NCBI GenBank assembly: GCA_951406725.2
Contig: OX597825.1
Span: 85,560,001 to 85,624,000, forward strand
Source: Octopus vulgaris
Taxonomy: Eukaryota
Direction: 5' to 3'
Length of the DNA: 64,000 nucleotides
Part shown: piece by piece, positions 52,681 to 64,000 of the stretch
Numbering within the stretch: position 1 is the stretch's first letter
Layout of the letters: each line of letters starts with the position of its first letter
Made by a program: the position numbers and the translations under genes
The notes under the pieces: generated by a model
Told to the model about the DNA's origin: nothing
Databases searched by the model: none
What the model saw: only the letters and a program-made list of their open reading frames with translations

Positions 52681-53898
52681 ACTCTCCCTGTTTATCATCT
52701 TGCTGTGTATTTGTGTGTGGGTTTTTACCTGTATGTATTCTCGCGTGCATCTTGTTATGCGTCTGTATTTCCTTATTCTTATTTCGATAATCAAACAACT
52801 GTGAACCAATTCAACGTTGAGACGTTCGTATTGGCCAAATGTTTTACATAAATTTTCTTATACAACGAAAGAAGAAAAGTTTCCCTACATTTAGTTACAA
52901 ACATTGTAACCATCTTCTAGAATTGTACCAAATTGCATATATTACCGAGCGAAAAGATTCCTAGGAATTTCTCTAATCAACTAAAAACAACTAAATATAT
53001 AAGAATTTAAATTACGAATTAAAAATTGTGTTGTGATTGGTAATTACCAGGTGGCGCTCTACACTTCTTGATTTTACGATGTAAATAAAAGAAGCAACGG
53101 GAATTCCATTTCTTTGTATTTTTTTTTTTTTTATTTCTAACGAAATTATTTCTCTCGTTTGCGATTGATTCCTTCAGTTTTAGTATTGGAAAATTTTTTA
53201 CAGTTCTGCGAATATGCTTAACTGAACTTATTGGATATTGTCAGTATTGTATTGATGTAAATTATTTTCAAATTTTGTTAATATTTAAATATTTTTTCGT
53301 ATTTTTTTTTGTATTGGAAAATTCGCTGTTCAATACATGTAAGGATAATCGAATATATTAAATAAGAGGAAGAAGTATGGTGCATTAACAGAAGACAATT
53401 AGTTACAAGCCGAGGCTTTGTGTAATTATAAGAAACAAATCTCTAGCTTTAATTTTACTATACGAGCATATTTATATACATACATCTGTTGCTATTGCGC
53501 GTGTATACATACAAACATATATATATACATATGTTTGTATGTATATATATATAAGCTTACATACACACACACAACACACACACACACACAACACACGCAC
53601 ACACATATATATACACACACATACACATACATTTATATGAAGAGAGTTTATATGTCAGTGGCCGTTGCAATCTGATGAGTCGTCTTTAAGGCAAAACGCT
53701 TTATGGATGGGAAACCATTGGTCACTCTATTACCGGTCATATAATTAACTTCCTGTAAACATAAATGTGTGTATGTGTATGTGTGTGTGTGTGAAAATAT
53801 GTATGTATATATGAGTATGGCTGAATGGCCTCACATTTATATATATATATATATATGAATATATATACATATACATATATATATGTATACATGTATAT

Positions 53899-53932
<34 letters not shown>

Positions 53933-54099
53933 ATGTATATATATATATATATGGATATATATATATGTGTATATATGTGTGTGAGTATGTATGTATGTAT
54001 TTCGCGCCTAATTTTAGCAGTCAGAAAATCGCTTATGGCCGTATTCCTTTAGTGATTAACTAGCACCGAAGTTTCGCTGGCATTTCAAAAGTGTTGCAT

Positions 54100-54330
54100 G
54101 ACAGTTACCAACATATTTCAGAAAAAAATATCCTCATTTCCGACAAATATTTCCTCTTCCGCCTATTGTAGCCTTTAGACCTAATAAAAATATTAAAGAA
54201 ATATTGACCAGTACCTCTAATAAAAACTCCATTAGAATTTCTGAACGCTGCACCCCCAAAAACACCCATAAGAGAGGTAAACCCTTTTTGGTGTACCATA
54301 ACATGTGTCAGACCATCAAGAGTTATAAAA
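54100..54330 (+). pseudogene. Decayed Penelope-like RT/EN linker
   Basis: FRQIFPLPPIVAFRPNKNIKEIL matches the Penelope-like motif PPIVAYRR.KNL..IL. Confidence 0.65.
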
Positions 54331-54974
54331 AGAAATGTTATGATTTACACAGAAGGAGGGAGCTGTGAGGATTTCTATTTGGTGTATGCAGCGGAATGCA
54401 CCGAACACAAAAGGATTTATGCTGGTTGCACAAGAGAATGATTACAAAAACGAGTGTTTCCGCGGAACTTGCGGAGCATTTCACATCAAACAGGTGTAAA
54501 TTTAAGGAAGACTCACTCCACTGTACTTTCAGTCCCCAAAACCCACGAGGGTAGATACGTTTGTGGACTGTTGACATCTCAGCCTGGAGGAATTAATAAA
54601 ATCGCAGGTGAAGTCCACCATATTTACACTAAACGTTTTGACTGAATCATTTTTTCCTTCTCCAATTCTTTTCTTTCCTTTTATTCTTTTCTTTCTTTCC
54701 TTCCTTGACTAACGTCATTTTACCTGGAAAGAAACGCAGTTATTCCGGTATAATTTTGAATGTTTGAGCGTTTCCTATCTTTGAATTTAAATTCATTTTA
54801 TATTTTCAACTTGTAAAAGACACACGGAGTGTCGAAATATTGTTCATTCGTTTCATTTTCATTTCAATAAACAGACTCAATCTCTATTTATTACCAATAA
54901 CAGTCGCGCTCTTTTTCTTATTTCTTTACCTTCGTGAAGAGTATCTTCAATCTTGAAGTATTATTTATTATCAA

Positions 54975-55058
<84 letters not shown>

Positions 55059-55266
55059 AAGGTAGTAAGCTGGCTGCATCGTTAGTGCGCCGGGCGAAAT
55101 GCTTAGCGGTATTTCGTCCGTCTTCACGTTCTGAATTCCGCCGAGGTCGACTTTGCCTTTCATCCTTTCGGGATCGATTAAATAAGTACCAGTTACACAC
55201 TGGAGTCGATGTAATCAACTTAATCCCCTCTCCTAAGCTGCCCTTGTGGCAAAAATTTGAAATCAT
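55059..55266 (+). mobile_element. SINE-A
   Basis: CCGGGCGAAATGCTTAGCGGTATTTCG...GAGGTCGACTTTGCCTTTCATCC. Confidence 0.88.
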
Positions 55267-55854
55267 TTTTATTATTATTTGTTTTGGTTTTGTTGTTGAT
55301 CTCGTTTTTATTCTTGTTACTATTGTTGTTATTCTTCTTTCTCTCCTTTTAGTTGGCCTTCTTCTTCTTCTTCTTCTTCTTCTTCTTCTTCTTCTTCTTC
55401 TTCTTCTTCTTCTTCTTCTTCTTCTTCTTCTTCTTCTTCTTCTTCTTCTTCTTCTTCTTCTTCTTCTTCGTGTTGTTGCTAGTGATGTTTTACAACTTGC
55501 AAAATGGAAGTTAATTTAAAAGATTTAACCGATTACAAAACATAACAGCTCCAAGTCATTAATCTGAAGATAAATCCAGTTTTGTTATTGAGAGAAAAAG
55601 AGAGAGAAAAAAATAGGGATTAATTATTAAAATAAGGATTATTTGTAATATAGGAACAGGCAAACGGAAGGAAGGGGAAAATATTAGAAAAAAGACTGTA
55701 AAAATGAACATAAAATGTAAAAACAACTACAACGAAACCTTAAATTAACAATGAGAATATCAAGAAAAATGTATTTCAAAACCAGTAAACATTCACCATG
55801 GAACCGACAGAGAAGGTTATCGAGGAAGTCAAAAACTCCCACACAAGTAAATAA

Positions 55855-56497
55855 CGATTTCCGGTAAAAGTCCAAAGCCAGAAAATTTTGGAGATGCGGG
55901 GATAATTGATTGCATCGATCAGAGTACTTTATTATATTATTGACCTGGAAAGGGTGAAAGGCAAAGGCGACCTTGGTCGGATTTGATCTCAGAACGTAAA
56001 GACCCAGAAGGAATGCCGCTGAGCACTTTTTCCGACGACATGCTAACGATTGTCCCACAATAATAATGGTTCCGAATATTAGCACAAGACCAGCAATTTC
56101 TGGGAAGGGGCAAGTCGATGACATTAACCTCATTGTTCAACTGGTCCTTATTTTATCGATTCCGAAAGGGTTAAAGGTATAAGTAATCTTGGTTAGATAT
56201 CTCAAAGCGACCGGACGAAAGGCTGCTACGCGTTTTGTCCGACTCACGATTTTGCTACCACACCACTCATGATAGTACTAATCCCTTCTATTAAAGGTAC
56301 AGGGCCTGAAATTTGGAGGGATGGCCCTAGTCGATTACATCGACCCCCGTATTCAACTGGTACTTATTTTATCGACAACGAAAGGGTGAAAGGCAAAGTC
56401 GACTTTGGTGGAATTTGAACTCAGAACGCAAAGATGGACGAAATTCAGCTAAGCATTTTGCCCAGCGTTCTAACGATTCTGCCAGATCGCCGCCTTA
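55855..56497 (-). mobile_element. Three head-to-tail SINE-A copies
   Basis: Reverse family body repeated at about 55855-56058, 56066-56268 and 56280-56497. Confidence 0.85.
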
Positions 56498-56597
<100 letters not shown>

Positions 56598-57028
56598 TTT
56601 CATCATTCTATTTCGCTGCCATGAATATATATATACACACACACACATAACGGACTTCCACAGTGCTTCCATCTAACAACTTTACACAGAAGGTATTTGG
56701 TCAGTCCTGGGCTTTTTCTAAGGAGGGCAGCGTAGTGAAATTGAAACCAAAACCACTCGGTTGCAAACGGAGCTTCTTAACCACACAGCCATGCTTGCAT
56801 AAATATCCAAGGACATAATACAGCTGTCTTGTAGAATATTCCTGATATAAAGAATGGAGAGCTGCGGCAAATGTAATTGAACATATGTCAGACGGAAAAT
56901 AATCGAAGAGTTCGGAGAAAGCCATTGATCCAACAGTTTGAAAATACACACAGATGATACATGTTGTGTGTTGGCTGAGATAAAAATGGTTTGTACGAAC
57001 AACATGGGGGTGTTTATTCAATAATGTT

Positions 57029-57153
57029 GGCGGCGAGCCGGCAGAAACGTTAGCATACCGGGCGAGATGCGTGGCCGTATTTCGTCTGCCGTTACGTTCT
57101 GAGTTCAAATTCCGCCGTAGTCGACTTTGCCTTTCATCCTTTCGGGGTCGATA
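57029..57153 (+). mobile_element. SINE-A, 3'-truncated
   Basis: GGCGGCGAGCCGGCAGAAACGTTAGC...GAGTTCAAATTCCGCC...GGGGTCGAT. Confidence 0.88.
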
Positions 57154-57289
57154 TATTGCGCTATATACCCTGAGAGAATCTCTTACATGGACTCGAGGTG
57201 CATAAAAGCAGGTGAAAACCGGACGCTGGAACAACCAGACCACGTGATTTCGATGTTTTGAGCTCTTTAGTGAAAGAGCATTCAGTCGC

Positions 57290-57427
57290 AACATAACCGC
57301 TCAAACTGAACAGCCAGCTTGTGAACGTGAAATAAAGTATCTTCCTGGCGACACAACGCGTCGCTGGGAATCGAACCTGTGACCTTATCATCGTGAGCTG
57401 AATACCATAAGCACTAAGCCACGCGCC
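57290..57427 (-). mobile_element. tRNA-derived SINE head (C-type)
   Basis: Reverse strand reads GGCGCGTGGCTTAGTG...GGTTCGATTCCCAGCGACGCGTTGTGTC...TACTTTATTTCAC. Confidence 0.75.
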
Positions 57428-57442
57428 TATTCTATAAATTCA

Positions 57443-57960
<518 letters not shown>

Positions 57961-58338
57961 AATCCGTTGCAGATAGAGACGAGAGTGTTTAGGAGTAATA
58001 TGAATGAAATAGTATCACAGCAGAATATATTTAGAAGAAAGGAGGAGGGGAAACTGTGATTGAAAAGTAATAAAATGTATGAGGAGGAAACGAAGAGGGG
58101 AGGAAGAAGAGGAAGAGAGCCGATTGCTATATGACATCAAATATGAAGTTTGGAGGTTGATTAGCATGGGAATGGGGGGGTGACAATAGGGGGGGAGACA
58201 AGGATAAAAGTGAGAACGAAAATGATGTAAATATAGCTGGGTGTATGTAAATAGATATGTGTGTGTGTGTATGTATGCATATATAAACTATATACAAATA
58301 TACATATATGTACTTATATATATGTATATATACATATA

Positions 58339-58380
<42 letters not shown>

Positions 58381-58561
58381 TGTACTTGTACATATATATG
58401 TGTGTGCGTATACTGGTAAACGTACGTATTACCAAACATAAACGAACACACACATACATTATGTGTACATATGTTTGTGCGTGTGTGCGTGTGTGTGAGA
58501 TTTTTACATTTATATTTTACAGAAAAATTTTAAAAAGACAGACAGACAGACATACAGATAT

Positions 58562-58766
<205 letters not shown>

Positions 58767-59132
58767 TAGAGAGATAGATAGATAGATATAGACAGACAGG
58801 TTGATAGACAGGTAGATAGGCAGGTAGATAGATTCACGGATGAAAATTGCAGAAAGAGAAAGATAAAGTAGGAGGAGGGAGGAGAGAGAGATTGATAAAG
58901 AGATGGGAAGAGAGAAATAGATGTGAAGAGATATGAAGAGAGAAATAGATGTGAAGAAGCGAACTCCATCGGTGGATAGAAATAGTCATGGAGTCAAAGT
59001 TTAATAAAAATTGAGATGCTTTGGACGGTTCTAGGTAAGTGGTTAACGTGACATTGTGACCGCCAAAACTCTAAATATAGCTTTCTAAAATGGCTGACAG
59101 ACTTCTAAACAGAGGTGAGAGATGCACACATA

Positions 59133-59170
<38 letters not shown>

Positions 59171-59590
59171 CACATACAGCTCAATCTTTTTTTCTTTGTT
59201 TTAACTTTCATCTCGCCATTGTTTCACTCGTTCATATTCCTCTTGCTATTGTTGCTTCTTAATCTTATTCTTGTAATCGTTGTTGTCGTTATCTGTCGTT
59301 CTGTCATTATAAATCAAGCTGTGACAACTCTCACCTCTTCGCTCGTCTCAACCTCCTCCTCTTCTCTTTTCCCTCCCTCTTTCTTTCTTTCCATTTCTCT
59401 TCTATTTACTTTCCGTTCTCATCCCTCTCGTCCAACTCATATCTATCTATCTCTCCCTCTCTTTCTCTCCCACTCTATCACTTTATCTCCCTCTCTGTCT
59501 CTCTTTGTTTCTCACTCTCTCCATCAATCTATCATCTGTCTGTCTAACTATCAGTCTCTCTCTCTTTCTATTTATACACACACACCCACA

Positions 59591-59628
<38 letters not shown>

Positions 59629-59730
59629 AATTTATGTATATATATACCTTTTTCTCTTTCTATATATCTGTTTATCTACCTGTATATATATTTATCTACT
59701 GCTCTATCTATCTATCTGTATATCTATTAG

Positions 59731-59788
<58 letters not shown>

Positions 59789-59884
59789 CACCTATCTACC
59801 TATCTATCTATACATCCCTCTATCCATATCTATCCAGCTATCTATCTACATTTATCTTCCTCTTGTCCCACTCTACTTTCTTCG

Positions 59885-59942
<58 letters not shown>

Positions 59943-60255
59943 CTCTCGTCCACCTACTACTGCTCCTCCTTTTTTCTCCTTCTCCTCCTTCTTTTCTTCC
60001 ACTCCTCCTCCTCTCCCACCACATCTTCTTCTCTATTCCTAATCTTACATTTGTACCTCCACTTCATTCATTTCTTCCCCAGTTTTGACACCGTCCTCCT
60101 CCGTCTCATCATCATCATCATCATCATCATCATAATATAACTAATATACCAATCCTTCCAGCCACCTTCTAACCACAAAATTTCTCTTATATTACAATAG
60201 GAGTCGGAGGAGAGGAAGTGATGATGTTGTCACATGCGATGTCTATTATTATTAT

Positions 60256-60811
60256 TGAGTGAGAGAGCAGTTCATGCCATCAAAGTGACACTGGGGTAAA
60301 ATATACGAAGCCCAATATACCCATCATGACTACCCGTCTGATAAAGGTACACCAGGCACATGCATCACAACCATATGTGCGCGACATGGTGATCTCATAT
60401 CAAGATAAACAGCACATGACCTTGCAGGTGGGGCCCAGTTAGAATTTTCTTCAGGTTGAGTAGCCCATCCTGCTCAAACGGTCCCTGAATAAGGGTTGCT
60501 TTAGGATGTTGAACGAAACACCTATGTTTCCAGAGGTGAACCATTCAAACTCCAAAGAATCCCTCTCAACACATGGCCATGATGCTCCCCCACTACTTCT
60601 GCTCGTGATCAGAGATGCACATATCGTCAGCCACTAAGGGACATGCTCAACTGGTTAAGGTCAAACAACTGACAAGCAAATCTGTGGTATTGAGCAGAAT
60701 ATTTGCTGTAGCCCATCTTTTATACCAAGACAAAACAATGTACATGATAACACTTCCAATCAGTTAAGATCAGAAGCCATGAGAGCCACTGCCTGGTACT
60801 GCATCAGGGCA
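60256..60811 (-). mobile_element. ~555-bp element, second full copy
   Basis: Same termini TGAGTGAGAGAGCAG...GCATCAGGGCA; ATT repeats on both sides. Confidence 0.9.
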
Positions 60812-60899
60812 TTTATTATTATTATTATTATTATTACTATTATTACTATTATTTTTATTATTATTATTAGTAGTAGTATTATTACTATTATTACTATTA

Positions 60900-61037
<138 letters not shown>

Positions 61038-61666
61038 TGTGGTGATGATGAAGATGCTGATGATAGTGATTATCATAGCGACAACATAAACACACAGACA
61101 CACACACACATATAATTCTACAAATAGAGAGGAATATATCTGTGTGTATGTGTGTATATGAATACATATCTATATGGAATCAAAAGTGAACTACATCCTC
61201 CCTCCTCCTCCTCTCTCTCCCTCACTCTCACTCAAACTTCCTCTCCCTCTCTCTCTCTCCCTTCTCTGCCTCCCCATCTCTTGTTGTAGTTCTCTTACCT
61301 GTATTCCATGTCATTTAATTTACCTGTGTTGTAGTTAGTTCCTCGGTGATGGCATTATAATATTTTATCATAATAGTATTAATAATAAGATCTCATTAAA
61401 ATAATTTATTATAATAAGAGGATGAAGATTATCGTGAAAGGAATCATTTCTGAAAGCAGCCCAGGTGGCTGCGTTACTTAAAACGCTAATGTATGTCTAA
61501 AACTTATGGAACAAACCTTATAATATAAAGATCTGGAAATAGAGATAACCAATGCGAAGGAACTGAAAATGGTAACATTCCTGAGAAGTGCCTTTGAAAT
61601 TATTGTCATAAACAGACATATAACATATATAACCAAAACCGAGAACACACGCACACATATATGTGT

Positions 61667-61731
<65 letters not shown>

Positions 61732-61782
61732 CAGAGAGAGAGAGAGACAGAGAGACAGACAGACAGACAGACAGACAGTGAC

Positions 61783-61815
<33 letters not shown>

Positions 61816-62195
61816 CAGAGAGAGTCTTCCGAGGTATTGCACACATATGATGACGAACTACTTCAATAGACTATAAATACACTGCTTATATAGATAATGG
61901 AATTACATTTTGTAGAATAGGGAGTGACTAACAATTAAAGTATAGCTGTTGAAATTAGAAACGAAGATTTTGACGTTTATGCATTGTCGGTAGAATGATG
62001 AAATAATGGTATTCAATTGGTGGATTTCAGGGGAAAGTGTAGATTATTAGGGAGAGAGCACCAAAACACAGACACATGCACAGAGAGTCACACATACACA
62101 TACACAAACACAAACACAAAAACATACAAGCATACATATATGTATGCGTGTGTATCTGTATATATTTGTGTATGCATGTATGTATGTATGTATGT

Positions 62196-62278
<83 letters not shown>

Positions 62279-63619
62279 TTAATGTTTGTTTTAGGTCGTG
62301 CTATGATGAAAATTTTAATTAAACTCAAAAATAACTCATTTTTGTAGAGTATATATTTATAATTTAAAAAAGATGGTAAACAGTAACTTCGAAGTTTCGG
62401 TCTATTTGCCTTATATTTGTGTGTGTGTGCATGTGTGCGTGTGTGTAAGAAGGCTATTGACTGTGTAGACAGGTTAGTGTAAACAACCAACCAAGTCAGT
62501 TTGCAGTACTCCCTAACCAGACTGTAGGATGTATGCATTTCGGAGTGGTTATCTATTCATCAGCACCAGTGATGCTTGCACTAATCGGTGATTCGAGTGT
62601 GTGTGTGTTTGTATGTGTGTGTGTGTAGTGTAACTGGAAAAAAGGTGGTGGCATGCTGCAACTGCTGCCGCGCTAATTGCAACACTTCTCTACAACCGAG
62701 AATTGCAATTTATTGACGCTAAGGGTTAATATCTTGAACAAGAAAGAACAAACGTTATTTACATGCGAGAAAATCGAAATCACAATTTATTTGAACATAA
62801 TTTTTTCCGATGCATTCAGATCTCTGTCTTGCTCTCCATCTCTCTCTCTCTCTCTCATTCTCTTCCCGTAGTTCAAACCCATAATCAGAAATTGCACACA
62901 CATGCACCCTTATGTGACTCTGCGCAACTGACTCTCAATAAACTTGTCACTGATATTGGAAATAATTAAGTGTTTATGGCAAGGGATATTCGGGGCTGAA
63001 CGGTGACAAGATACAGCTTGAAGCGACATTGCAAATTTAATTAATCTATTTTCAACTAATTACACCTCCTTTGATTAATGCGATCGTAATTTATCTTGAT
63101 TCTCATCCGATAACATTTCAGTTATCACTGCCTCTTAATTACCTCCCTTGTTTGTTTTTTTTAATTTCTTTTACAACTATTTCATCTGTTAATACGTAGA
63201 TTATTTCCACGTTAGATTGCAACGGTAACACTTTAGTTATCCGCTTTTGTCATTTTTCCCCGAGAATAATCTCGATTTTAATTTAATTCCAGTTTATACG
63301 TTATACCACTTTAATAACATCAAATAATCGTAATCACCTACAGAATTTCCTCGTTAGAACTATTTTTATGTCAAGTATTTCAGTATCTCACTTACTTTTA
63401 TTTTACGTGGAATTATATCGTAAGTCATGTGCAACTAACATGTGATCTGTTTCACCCAATGAGATAACCGTGTTTCGGCGCCATCTGCTTTATAACTTGA
63501 ATGTTGCTTCTGCCAAATGTTGCCATCATGTGAAATGTACAGGAATTGGCCACCTTTGGTAGCGATTTAAATGTTGTCTGCCAAATAAACTCACACACAC
63601 ACACACATACATATATACG

Positions 63620-63660
<41 letters not shown>

Positions 63661-63835
63661 ACATGTATATATATATGTATATGTATATGTATATATATGT
63701 ATATATATATACATTTTATATATATATATTATATATTATATTAATTATATTTATATTATTTGTTATTTATGTATTGGTTTATGTCTATCACTGTTTGAGT
63801 TGCCTAATAGTAGTTTTATCTCTAATTCATATTTT

Positions 63836-63895
<60 letters not shown>

Positions 63896-63902
63896 ATATG
63901 TA

Positions 63903-63952
<50 letters not shown>

Positions 63953-64000
63953 CATATACATATACATATATATACATATATATGCATACATATACATCCA

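Noticed and set aside
58988-59040. Perfect splice donor AG|GTAAGT with short upstream ATG frames
   Set aside because: An isolated motif with no acceptor or meaningful frame; insufficient evidence.

Overview
Eukaryotic, AT-rich, repeat-dominated DNA, most likely intronic or intergenic. The tRNA-derived SINE families and the extreme (TA)n/(TACA)n/(TAGA)n/(AAT)n microsatellite load look like a coleoid cephalopod (Octopus) genome; this assignment comes from recalled repeat families and is not database-checked. No host protein-coding gene can be confidently called, and nearly all ORF-track entries are translated microsatellites. The only substantial coding unit is a young, 5'-truncated CR1/L2-group LINE (minus strand, 37495-41148). 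It has a CCCH-zinc-finger ORF1 fragment and an APE+RT ORF2 broken by two frameshifts. Around it lie many SINEs of three families, mariner/Tigger MITEs and decayed R4/Dong-like, HERO, RTE and Penelope fragments. The most interesting signals are: (i) Penelope-type minimal hammerhead ribozyme motifs, several inside fold-back (inverted-repeat) elements, including a 203-bp inverted pair with two intact-looking hammerheads; (ii) a 3' stem-loop shared by the LINE and one SINE family, with visible compensatory base changes; (iii) a ~555-bp non-coding element found repeatedly in (ATT)n tracts; (iv) a dense CAGGTR motif cluster in a unique island. Coordinates of decayed repeats are approximate.
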